In this document: positions 12,201 through 23,551 of the stretch, piece by piece | Position numbering within the stretch: position 1 is the stretch's first letter | How the letters are laid out: each line of letters starts with the position of its first letter | From: Novakomyces olei | Taxonomy: Eukaryota | Assembly: GCA_016906335.1 (NCBI GenBank) | Contig: JADEYG010000003.1 | Span: forward strand, 434,001-498,000 | Reading direction: 5' to 3' | DNA length: 64,000 nt | Translations under genes and position numbers: made by a program | Notes under the pieces: model-generated | What the model was told of the DNA's origin: nothing | Database searches by the model: none | Seen by the model: only the letters and a program-made list of their open reading frames with translations

Positions 12201-13584
12201 GCTCCAGGCCTCAATCGATCAGAGCCCTTACAGTACGAATCCGCTATTCAATGCCAGTGGAATCCAGCAAGCTCAGGCTTCAGTGGGACCGATCGCCTCG
12301 CCTTTAAGCACAGGACTGCAGAGGAAAAAGCCGGCAGCAGTGCCCATGTTTCGTCTTTCGCCAAGAGCGTTTGCGTCTCCTAAAGCACAGTTGGGTTCTA
12401 GTAAGCTGGGATCGCCGATTGATGCCTACTCCTCAATGTCCTCCTCCTCGTTACTGTCAGGCATTGCTTCGCCAGCTACTGACGTGCCGAATGGACGAAG
12501 AGGTCTCCGTCTTTACAATGCGCTGGACGATGATGTTGTTCTGAGCCCGGAAGCCTTTACTCCCAGAAAAAACCTAAAAAAGCTGGTTGTTGAGCGCAAG
12601 ATGGCAAATGCCAGTGTTTCTGGGGAAAGTCCAGGTGAAAGTTTCGCCACCAATGGATCAGGTTCACGAGGCATTCAGTCGGGTCCGCCTCGGGATGCAC
12701 CTGTCGGAAGGCAGCCTGAATCGGGGGACACGCCGCTTACACTCGCCCTCCCGAGTCAAAGGCAGAATGCTGAGCCTGATGGACTGGGATCAGAACCAAG
12801 TGAAGGCCGGTTCAATGCCCGAGGCCAAAATGGAGAAAAGCCTAGACTCAATGGTGAACCTATCGCCAACAAGTCTGAATTCAAAACACCTCAGAAACCG
12901 TTTGATTTAACAAACAGCAACAGCAGTAACAATAATAATAATAATAATAACAATAATAACAATAATAATAACAATAATAATAACGGAGGCAGTGCAGAAG
13001 GGTATGTGAATAGAGACTTATTCAAGCCTCATGACCTGTACAAGAGTCCTCCTGTGGTTACGGGCGAGTCTCTCTCGCAATCGCAGTCGCCTTTTGCGAC
13101 TGGAAACGCTCGGCTCTCTGACCTGGACGACGGACTGTATTGGACTTCTCCGTCGCTGTCGAAGCTGCAGGACTATACGCGGGAGAGTCTGAGGCGGGTG
13201 GCCAATTTTAAAGTAGGCCGGCGTGGATTCGGACAGGTCAGTTTTATGCAGGATGTTGATCTGAGCACGATTGACCGGCTCGAGAGCATTCCTGGTGGAA
13301 TCGTATGCTTTGAGCCCAAACTGTGTACAGTGTACCCCGATGAAAGCCAAAAGCCGCCTGTTGGCGAGGGCCTTAATGTCCCAGCGACTATTACTCTTGA
13401 AAAGTGCTGGCCACTGTCTAAAGAGACACGGGAACCCATCTTGGACCCGGATCATCCACGGTTCCAGCAGCATATCAAGCGGCTCAAGCGTATGTCTGAG
13501 ACAGAGTTTATCGACTTTACTGCGGATAACGGTGGGTGGATATTTAGGGTTAAGCATTTCAGTAAATACGGGTTGGAGGGAGAC

Positions 13585-13616
<32 letters not shown>

Positions 13617-16600
13617 GATGGAGGTGGAGAAAGGTACTGTAAAGGCTTCTAGGTTAGATTCTAGAAAAGTAGTAGATTCTGGAAAAGTAGTAGATTCTAG
13701 AAAAGATGCAACGCAAGGCGCTGTTCAAGGGTCTGTACCTGTACCTGTACCTTTGTTAGAGACAGCGCCTGCTAAAAAACGAACACTGGCAGAGCAGCAA
13801 ACGTCCTTTGGCAAAGTCTTTGACTCGCCTAATTTATCACAAAAGTACCAGAAACTGCCGGGAGCTTTTCCTCTCGCTGACTCGGATACAGATTACTACC
13901 AAGGGCGTCAGCTCTATCCCTTTGCCGGCAACGATGCGGCAGCCAGTGACGACAGGCAAGAACTTGGTCTAAAAGACAACTCTCAGCTGGTCAAGTCTCA
14001 GGCTTATGCTAGCAGCAGTGTCGGGTCTGCGTCCAGTCCGCCCGAGCTTTTTACGGACGACTATGAATCGGACCATGGCTCTTTGGCCTCGTCCCGTCCC
14101 GGTTCCCTGCTACGTTATGATAGCAAGTCGGCAATCAGGCAGCAGCAAAATGACTCGGAAACAGAGTCAGGAGGCAGTGCCAGCGTAAAAGACGATATTT
14201 CAATGGGCATTGCTGATAGCAATTTGCCTCTGGCTCAGACTTGGTCAGAGCAAATCAATGCGTCGATGGAACGCGCTTCTTACCTTGCCGCTCCAGTTTC
14301 TGCTCTGACGCATACTGATTCGGATTATTACTTGCGCATCAGCCGGTCTAATGATGCATCACGCACTCTGCGCAGAGCAAAAAGCACAGCGGTCTTGGAT
14401 TTGTCAGAGGTATTTTGAGACCTTATTTATTTATTTATTTTTTTTTTTTTTTTGAGCGAATCGAATAGTTCTAGTCCAGTGTTTGTCTATCTAAACTTAC
14501 CTGTCTTTGTACTTTTGCAAATCAATTTTTTCTAATTGCTCTAGAGTAACCAGGCTCCGTCTTTTGCAAAGTTTGCAACAAGCACTCTACTACTCGGGAA
14601 CAGTGCAGGTGAAGTATCATTTCACTCCCTGCAGTCAAAAGAGGTACGGCGAGTAAAAGACAGATTGTTCAGTGGCGCAAATTGTAGAATTTAACAACAG
14701 CAGTCTAGTGCAATATTTTTGTAATTGATTGTTTCTGCTCTTTATTATCTGGTCTTTATTATTATTTATTATTTATTATTTATTATTTATTATTTATTAT
14801 TTATTATTTATTATTTATTATTTATTATTTATTATTTATCATCATGTTTAATCTACTGTATATATAAATATACTGACCCCAAAGTTTTCTAAACAAACCC
14901 CGTACTTTTCCGCCTCGCTTGAGGCTCAAATTGCACAGAGCCAAATTTCGACAGACAAGGACGGGCTGCCAGCCGCTTACCCCCGTCCTTCACTCGATGC
15001 TTCAGTGTACTTGTCGTGTGTGGCTGGAGGCGAGGCGTGCTCGCTATACAGAGATGTATGGAGTGTAGCGCGTCTCCTATTCGACCCTATTCAGTTGAGT
15101 GATGAAGGGCAGTTTTCTCCTGAAACTAGGCAAAGAATCCGGGACGCAATCCGTACGAAATCCTTGGCGGACTGGCTTGAAGCTTCAGCTGCCTCAGCAG
15201 TAGAGACTGATCTGGCCCAGGCTCAGACGGCAGAGCAAGAGATCCTGGTACTTTTGAGTGGGAATCTAGTGCAGGATGCGTGTGCTACTGCAGTAAAATC
15301 GGGCAATCTTCATCTGTCCGCTCTGCTAAGTGTTATCGATGGAGACTCGTCTCTGCGAATGGAGTTTAAGCATCAGCTCGAGCATTGGCGGCTGACGGGC
15401 GATATGGACTATATTTCGCCTAAAATTACAGCCATTTATGAGCTTTTGAGTGGCGAAATTGCTGCGGCCCAGCGAGATTCCTACCTGGCAAGTCTGGACT
15501 GGCAAAGATCTTTGGGTCTGCGCGTCTGGTACACGGGCGCAGACTCGGCCAGCGTAGAGAGCGCTGTTGCTTCCCTCGAGGCAGATAAAAAATCTATAAA
15601 AAACAGGAAAGACGGGGACAGTATTGTGTACAGGCTCATGCTGCTGTACACTGAATCGCTGGACTCTTTTCTGGAACAAGTGCTGCTTCCTGCGAATGAA
15701 GCTGAGGATAGCGGTGGCTTTGTCGGGCTGGCATGGCAGCTTTTCATCTACCTCGCCTACACCAGAAGGGTAGCAGACTTTTCTGATCGCGAAACGAGTC
15801 TGATTGAGGACAAGAGTATGGGAAACGGGCAAGGCGATAAAGAAAAGGAGAAAAAGACGAGTGCCAATTTTGCCAAAAATCAGGCTGGTCAGAGTCAGGC
15901 TGGTCAGAGTCAGGACAGTCAGAGTCAGGACGCGGCTGTTTCCTGTTCAGTATTGGCGGACAAGCTGACTCTGCGATTCTCCAAACTCCTTGATCTCTCT
16001 GGTGCGTGGGAGTATGCAATTTTTGTGTGCCTCCACCTGGAAAACCCTGTTGTTAAAGAGCAAGCAATCCGAGAAATTCTGGCGCAGAGAGTGGTTGTGA
16101 GTGGAACAGAATTCGGCTTGTCTGCCAAAAGTTCCGCAGTGACCTTTTCACCCTCAGAGATGAAAGCGATAGAGCAGTTCCGTGTCCCGAGTGCTTGGGT
16201 GCTGGAGGCAAAGGCCTTGAGAGCTCAGTACGAAGGGCTGTACGAGCAGCAAGTAGTATACCTGCTGGCAGCTGGAGCCACTCGGGAAGCTCACAGTGCC
16301 CTGCTGCACAATATTGCACCTGCCTACGTTATCGAGGGCAAGTATGGCAAACTGGAAGCTCTGCTTGCCCAGTTCAAGGACGTTGCCAGCCTGGGCAACG
16401 CTTGGATGACGGGTGGACAAGTTTACGTGGATTTTTTACGGCTTTTTGCACCTGCTAAATTGCCTGTTTTGCAACTAAAGGGCGCTGCTCCTGCTGCTGG
16501 CGTGCAAGAGACACTTTTACGTTTGCTCGCTAATCTCTCTGGATTCAGAGCCATTGAAATGAAGCAAAAAGTGGCAAAAACTATGCTCTCAGACAGCGTT

Positions 16601-16714
16601 TTTGAAGCGCTGATAAAGCTGCCGGATGCCCGGAGTTTGCACGTCAATTGGCATTCCCTTTGCCCGTCTCAGAGTGGGCGGTACAGGGTGGAACGGTTCC
16701 TCGCTTCTGGGTAG
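9231..16714 (+). CDS. NUP98: Nup98-Nup96 precursor; join(9231..9402,9630..9713,9970..11577,11819..14409,14545..14643,14885..16714), ~2127 aa
   Basis: GLFG/FG repeats, GLEBS (FQSITCMPAYQNFSFEELRMQDY), autoproteolytic domain ending RVKHF|SKYGL, helical Nup96 C-terminus; all exon phases agree. Confidence 0.93.
11625..11780 (+). repeat. Intronic minisatellite, ~15-16 nt unit (GATTTATATTTGTCTA-like)
   Basis: Degenerate tandem copies inside Nup98 intron 3. Confidence 0.85.
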
Positions 16715-17264
16715 TCTTACGAGAATAAATATAATTGTATCAAAAGAGGAATCAAGCAAAACAGAAGCAAACAAAAGAGAATCAAGCAAAAGAGAATCAA
16801 ACAGAATTAAACAAGAATTAAAAAGAAACTGAAACAAGCAAATATTACAATACAACTAGTGTGCATATGGGCTTGATTCATTATGATTGATGGCCACCAC
16901 TGTCTATTATTCATACCCTTGTTGTGTAATAATCATAAACCGCTTTTTACTAGTGGACCTGTGGGACTCTTCACAATTAATATTTACTAGTGGGTCTGTT
17001 TGTCTATTCGACCTGTCTGCGAGTTTCTCGTAGCAATGCCGTAATAATGCGAGCATTGAACGGGCCTTCCAGCCTCCTATAAAACTGGCAAAATAGTGGT
17101 AAAAAAATAAATAAAATAAAAATGAATAAAAATAAATAATTAAATTAAATTAAATTAAATTAAATTAAAACCTAGGCTGTCTGTACAAACGGCACAAGGC
17201 AAGTCTCCAGTATAGCTGTGCCGGGTATCAAATAAGAATTCCAAAACAAATCTTCCAGCCCGAC

Positions 17265-17639
17265 TCACTCGTGTTGAGCCTTCTCCCTCTCCTGCCTTTG
17301 CAGCCTTTTCCGCTCGGCTTTCAGCCGTTTACGCTCGTCCTTATCCACGGGCCTCGTATCGTCAAAAGTAGCTGGTTCCGCAGCGTCATTTCCCGCTTTT
17401 GCTATATTTTCATTGTCAATTTTAAGCGCCTGCGCCTGCGTGTACGACTCGTGCGTCTCGCGTCCCGCTAAATTGTCTTGAACCCTTTGCAGCTGCGCCA
17501 ATATCTCTGTGGCAATAAGCGCTTCATTTCGTACTGTCGCAGACGCGTGAGCGCGTGTGAACCTCGACAGCGTTTTTAACGCGTCGTCCGACGAGATTTG
17601 TTGCTGAGAAATTACTTTTCTGTACGTCGGAACTTCCAT
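17265..17639 (-). CDS. Probable RNA polymerase I subunit A14 (Ker1/Rpa14-like)
   Basis: 124 aa; ISSDDALKTLSRF and LAQLQRVQDNLAG resemble A14; K/E/R-rich tail as in Ker1. Confidence 0.65.
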   Translation of the reverse strand: MEVPTYRKVISQQQISSDDALKTLSRFTRAHASATVRNEALIATEILAQLQRVQDNLAGRETHESYTQAQALKIDNENIAKAGNDAAEPATFDDTRPVDKDERKRLKAERKRLQRQEREKAQHE

Positions 17640-18603
17640 TGCCGAAGGAGATTCGTAATCGCGATGGTCGGCCGGTCAGAGTGTTTCAAGTGATTATGTT
17701 TTTTTTTTATGTTCGGTTTATTTTTGATTTGAATATTAGATTTCTGCTCGTTTTCATATATTACTTTTTTTTGGTATTTTATTTATTTATTATTTATTAT
17801 TTATTTATCATTTATTTATTTATTTACTTATTACTTATGTATTTATTTGATATATATATATATATATATATATCGCTTTTTAATTGTTTAAATTTTTAAT
17901 ATTTTTATTGGTTTGTTTACTGTTCGAGTTACGCATCCAATTCACATTTTAATTCTTATTTACGTTTTCATATATTCTTTTTTGCGTGGTGAGTACGATT
18001 ACAATTGTCCACTATAAAATTCCTATACTTTGAATCCGTATCGGCGCCGTACTGATTACCATCTCGTGCTGTTGAGCAAATATTGTGTCTTTCTTATTGC
18101 CCCTTATAATACCTGCCTTTTCTGGTTCTTGCAGGCATCTGCAATTTCTAGATTTTACCAGTGTACGTTTTGCCGTGTACGCCGTGTTTCAAGGGCCTGT
18201 GTCCATTGTCTATCTCCTGTCATTTTTACGTTCTACAGCAGCTTCATACGGCACGCATGGATCAGGTAAAGCTCTCTAATTTCTGTAATTAATTCCCAAA
18301 AAACAATATATTTGCATAGTGCACTGGCACTGTAGTCTTGCTCTGTGAAACACCATAGAATAACACGTTTGGCCCCAAGACCTTGATGAGCGCTTCAAAG
18401 GATAATATACAATTCTGAACGCGGTTCCGCCTCGTTGACCCAAGCGCTGAGACTGTTCAGTATTGAAAATTCATTATAACCCGAGGTTCGAATAGATATA
18501 CCAAAGGGTGTAAAATGCAGACCAAAAGAATAGATTTTGAAACAAGTTGATAACAAATTTAAAAAATATGTATATGATAAATAAAAATAATAAACAAAAA
18601 TAA

Positions 18604-18634
<31 letters not shown>

Positions 18635-18853
18635 ATTATAAATAATAAATAATAAATAAAATTATAAATAAAATAATAAATAAAATTATAAATAAAATAA
18701 TAAATAAAATTATAAATAAAATAATAAATAATAAATAAATAAATAAAAAATAAAAACAATTTTCAAGTCGATTTAATCTAGTTTAATAAAATCAAACCAA
18801 GTATACCCATCAACGATGGGTATACAGTCCTGAAAACGGGCGGCCGCCCGTTT

Positions 18854-21800
18854 TCAAAGGTCAACGAAATCGTCACTGTTGGGTATGACTATACGATTAC
18901 TCCTCTCTGACTCTGGAACACCGTCCCTTTCAGCTCCAAAATCAAGCACTTCAATCATGGTAACGCTGTCTCGCTGTACGGCGGCAACGCATCTCCGATC
19001 GTCAAACCCAACTTGCCAAACGTTGGAGAGTCCTACCAAGAGATCCCTGAGGAACTGCCCAGTTCTAACGTCCCAGAGCTTTAGTGTTCCATCGCTGCCG
19101 CTAACGACTTTAGACTCGTCGTGCTGGAAGCAGGTGATTGCTCCAAAGTGGGCAGAAAGCACGTGCTTGCATTCGGCAGTATCCGGGTCCCAGATACGGA
19201 GGGAAGCGTCAGCGGCGGCAGATACCAGTCGGCCATATGAAAGACGTAGCAGCCCGACCAGCATTGTATGGCCGTGCAGGACGTGGAGACAGGACCCGTT
19301 TTCCAGACTCCAGATTCTCACATTAGAATCGAGGGAGCCGCTCATGCACCGGCGGGCAGGGTAGTCGAGCACAATACTGTAGACCTTTTGCGCATGGCCA
19401 ATCAGCCGCCAAACACATTCGCCAGTAGATATCCTCCAAACCCTGACTGTGCAGTCGTAACTGCCACTGACGAGGAGGTCGCCGTGTCCCGCGATAGAGC
19501 GCACTGACGCAGTATGCCCCCGCAGAGTGCGGACAAAATAAGGGTTGTTTGGGTTATTGTCGTTGTGGTTAGGGTTAGGGTTAGGGTTGTTGTTATGACT
19601 AGGGTTAGGGTTAGGGTTATCATGCTCAAGTTCAGGAGAGGAAGGTGCTTGCGGAGGAGCGAAATCGGGGTCTCCGTCACGTGGCAGCCGCCATACGCGC
19701 AGGGTAGAGTCACGGGACCCCGTGACTATCAGTGGCTCCCTATGAGGGCAGTTCCCTGAGCTGCTTTCGCCATTAATTGCCCACTCTTCGCCACGCAGAG
19801 GCGGCATAACGATCTGGAGGCAGCGGACGGTGGACGTGTGGCCGTAGAAAATCTGAGTGCACCTGCCAGACTCGAGGTCCCAGACACGGATAGTGCGGTC
19901 CGTTGACCCGGAGACAAGAGTGCTGCCTTCGTACTGAAGAGCCCAGACGCCTCCGTCGTGGCCGACGAGCCGGCGGAGGAGTCTGCCTGTCGTGGTAGAG
20001 CAAACGTTGATAAAGCCATCGTCAGAGCCGGTAACGATCTTGTGCTCGTCAAACTGGAGGCACGTGACAACGTTGTTTGGGTGGGAAGTAAAAGAAATAT
20101 GCCTCGGTTTGGCTGTCGCTTTCATCCAGTTCTCCCTGTTTATATAGTGCCGACGGTAGAGTTCCTTGAACAGCTGCTGCTGGTGTAAAGAGCTGGCAGC
20201 TTTGGTTCCCATATTGTCAGTGGCGGACTGTACATCCTCTCGAGCCGGTCTGTACGCCAAAGCGTCAGCGTCAGTAGAGCCACTCTGGGGTTTTGCCTCT
20301 CTTGAGCTGGAAAAAGTAGGGGAAACAAAAGTAGGAGAAACTCGTACTTTTGTTCTTTCCTGCCATTTGCTGTTGTCACTATTGCTGTTGTTATTGCTGT
20401 TATTATTGCTGTTGTGACTATTATTATTATCATTATTATTGCTGTTATTGCTGTTATTATCATTATTATTGTTAATATTGCTGTTGTTAGCAGCCAGTTC
20501 AATCTCCTCCCTTTCCTTTGGAGTGGCAAAGAACCCGTCACGCTCAAACCTAATCTTCCACAGCCATTCGTCAGCGTTGACGAGAGCCGACCACGTGTGG
20601 GACACCTGTGCCACTCGGCACAACGATCTGGCGTCCAGTTCGTGCAGGATTTTAAGGGACAGCTCGAGCGGCAAAAGACCCAGAAAGTCGCGTCTCTGAG
20701 TGGGCTCAATAACGCTCATTACGCTCTGCAGCGTTGACTTTTGGCAGCGTTTGAGAAGGTGGAACATTAGGTACGACTGCACTGAAGGATGGAGGTGGTC
20801 AAAGGAGCTCAGGATTTGTGGGACACTGAGCAGAGAAGGCATATCGCCACTGCGTGAGGAGAGAGGCACTATTGAGTGGAGAGAAGGGCTCTCCTGTCCG
20901 TTTTTTGGAGGGGTTTCCAGGCTGGTTGCTTCCTCATCCTCCTGCCTTCCTTCACTCTGCAAGCCAAAACTGCCGTCTGCCCGGCCCCGGCTGCCGCTGC
21001 TGGGCGACTGCGTCGGCGAGGGAAGAGGGTGGGGCTCAAACACGTGTCTGCCTGCCTCTGCCTCTGCCAGCCGGCCGCCTTCTTCGAAGGGGTTAGTGTC
21101 CCCAGCCTCGTAGACGGGAGTCGTTAGCGACTCCTCGTTCGTTTCCACACTGCTCGAAAGCCTCTGACAAAAGTTTCGTGAGCCAATTGGGCCTGAATGA
21201 TGAGCGTGCAAGTGCTCAATCGAGGGAGCTGCTGCTGCTGCTGCTGCACTGTCAGACTGTGACATGTTTTGTGACATGTTTTGTGACATGTTTTGTGACA
21301 TGTTTTGTGACATGTTTTGTGACATGTTTTGTGACATGTTTTGTGACATGTTTTGTGACATGTTTTGTGACGTATTTTGTGACATGTTTTGTGACGTGTT
21401 TTGTATACTATGGGCCAAGCTGTCGGCACAGCCGAGGACTCTGCATCCCGCCGACGGCCGGACTGGCTGAGGCGCACAAGTGTCGATAAACGCGGGCGGC
21501 GTAGACGCGGCACTTGACGGTCCCTGACTGTCGACGGCTAAGGATACTTGCCGGCGTTTACGAGGAAACAGTGTGGACGCGTCGTCGGCACTTGAAGCGT
21601 TTGACGCTGGCGCAACTCGTTTGTTTGACCCGTTGGCCTTTTCGTGCGCCTCCACGGTAGCTTGTTTTGCGTCTCCCGTACACTGCTCGCGGACGGTACT
21701 GCGGTTCCCGTTCTTTGCAAGTTCGTTTATAGTGTGTTGCAGCTGGCGATTAGATCAACAGCAGTGAAAAGTAGAATAGGAAACGGGGAAAGTAATAAAA

Positions 21801-22274
21801 TCGCTTGTTGTGCAAATACTGTGCAAAATAAAATTCAAAAATAAAATTCAAAAATAAAATTCAAAAATAAAATTCAAAAATAAATTCAAAAATAAATTCA
21901 AAAAAAAGAGCCAGACTAAAAATCAAAACATTTGTTACCGATTTCATAGACTCTAGAGCGTCTCCGCTCTCAGTGAACCACGAAGTTTTCCCGTCAATAT
22001 CAAATGCAAACCGCTTCAAAGCCTCAGGCGTTTCCGCTTCGAGCAAAGGGTAGAGTTGGTAATTGTCCTCGTCGCGTAACCTGGGCTCCGGAAAAACAAG
22101 AGGCGGGAATTTTGTAGTCGTCATTGTCGTTGTAGTCACCACTGTCGTCTGCAGCGTCGGAGCCAGGCCAAACTCTGAAAAGACCATTCCGCGCCCTTCG
22201 TCTGTATGGACCAGCGCCGGTGCTTCCTCAGGCGTCACCGCTGATCCAGGGCCGAGTGAGCTGGAGGACGGCAT
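18854..22274 (-). CDS. CDC4: F-box/WD40 SCF substrate receptor, Cdc4/Fbw7 family; complement(join(18854..21742,21939..22274)), ~1074 aa
   Basis: F-box RDFLGLLPLELSLKIL; WD40 repeats GHDGGVWAL, GHTSTVRCL, GSRDSTLRVW; fungal N-terminal TTVVTTTT..FPP motif. Intron GTAACA...CTAAT...CAG in phase. Confidence 0.93.
21258..21404 (-). repeat. Coding 12-nt tandem repeat, 12 units, encoding SQNM/SQNT
   Basis: (TGTGACATGTTT)n on the plus strand. Confidence 0.95.
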
Positions 22275-22344
22275 CTGCAAGACTCGTGACCAATACTCGA
22301 GCCAAGTCAAGTCAAGTTATATAGAAGGAAAAAAGTACAAAGCA

Positions 22345-22418
22345 AGTCAGTAAACTGAAAAAGTAGTAAACTGAAAGAGTCAGTAAACTGGAATAGTCAG
22401 TAAACTGAAAGAGTCAGT
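22345..22418 (-). repeat. ~17-nt tandem repeat TTTACTGACTCTTTCAG upstream of CDC4
   Basis: About 4.5 degenerate copies, directly visible. Confidence 0.85.
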
Positions 22419-23551
22419 GCAGCCTTTGGACAAACAAGGACTGGCAGATTTGACGGTAATAAAAGAAGGACAAAATGCACGCGGCCAGTTGGGTCGAGAC
22501 GAACGCGTCACAGACGCCAAACGTGGTACGGAAACAGACCCGTAAAATCACGTCACGTGTCGCGCCGATGCTTCTATGGAATTTGGCGTTTTGAGCGCAC
22601 AGACCTTTGCGTATTAGCAAGACACGGGTCGTCAGTCAGTGCGTGTGTGCTAATAAATCTGTGTTTCCTTATTTACTGCCATTCAGTCTCGGGCCTCAAT
22701 TGCGTTTCTTATGGCTGTGTTTTAACGCATTTTTTACACTGCCTGCCGTCTTACTGGGAAGCAAGCTTACGTGCAAAGTGGTTTACCCTCAAACTGGGTC
22801 TCGTTTTGTGCAATCCGACACAGAGATTAGAGAGTTGTCAAGTCATGCTGCATGCAGAGTCCCGTCGATAAGCGAGGTCGGCGTGCATAGATAAATATAG
22901 AGAGTAAATAAATATCGAGAAGTATATTAGAAATATATATCGAGTAGTAATATAGAAGGAGTGTTGTAATTATAGTCGGAAATTTCGTTTAATTGAATTT
23001 GAATTAGAAACTCGCGAAAGCTTCTTTTGAGCGCTCAAAGATGTGAGAGTTCAATCGAGATATATACGCGACTATGTATTATCATAAAGCAAAGTCATGC
23101 GCAGACTCGCATGAAAGCGTTTCTGAATTAGAAAGAGAGTAAACAAAGGATAGCGTGGATTATAGATTCATATCTCTACCGAGAAATAAATAGATAAATC
23201 GGCAATAAATAATATATATTAGACATTAAACAGAGTCGTATTGTATATAGTTATATTTATATACAACTATATTTATATACAACTATATTTATATACAACT
23301 ATATATAACTATGTTTGTATATTGCATGACATAGCGTAAACGGCCACTTGTCCGGCATTAGTATTGTTCATGCTTCATTAGACTTTTAGGTTTGCGCTGT
23401 ATGCTACTCGGCCTTGTCGCTCTTTCAAGACGCTCGTTCTTTGAAGACTCTGACGTAAGTTTTCCTAGACATTACGTCTTTAACAAGGCGCGTGTGACTA
23501 CTCTGCCTGCCTGACTGCTAAACTCGCAGGCAGTCACCTCTTTCCGCAGCC

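Noticed and set aside
18182-18193. 12-nt complement to LSU rRNA (U18-like guide CCGTGTTTCAAG)
   Set aside because: There are no properly placed C or D boxes, and a 12-mer match is expected by chance.
21258-22418. Regular repeats as a CRISPR array or mobile element
   Set aside because: They are head-to-tail repeats without spacers, terminal repeats or a transposase, in a eukaryotic context.
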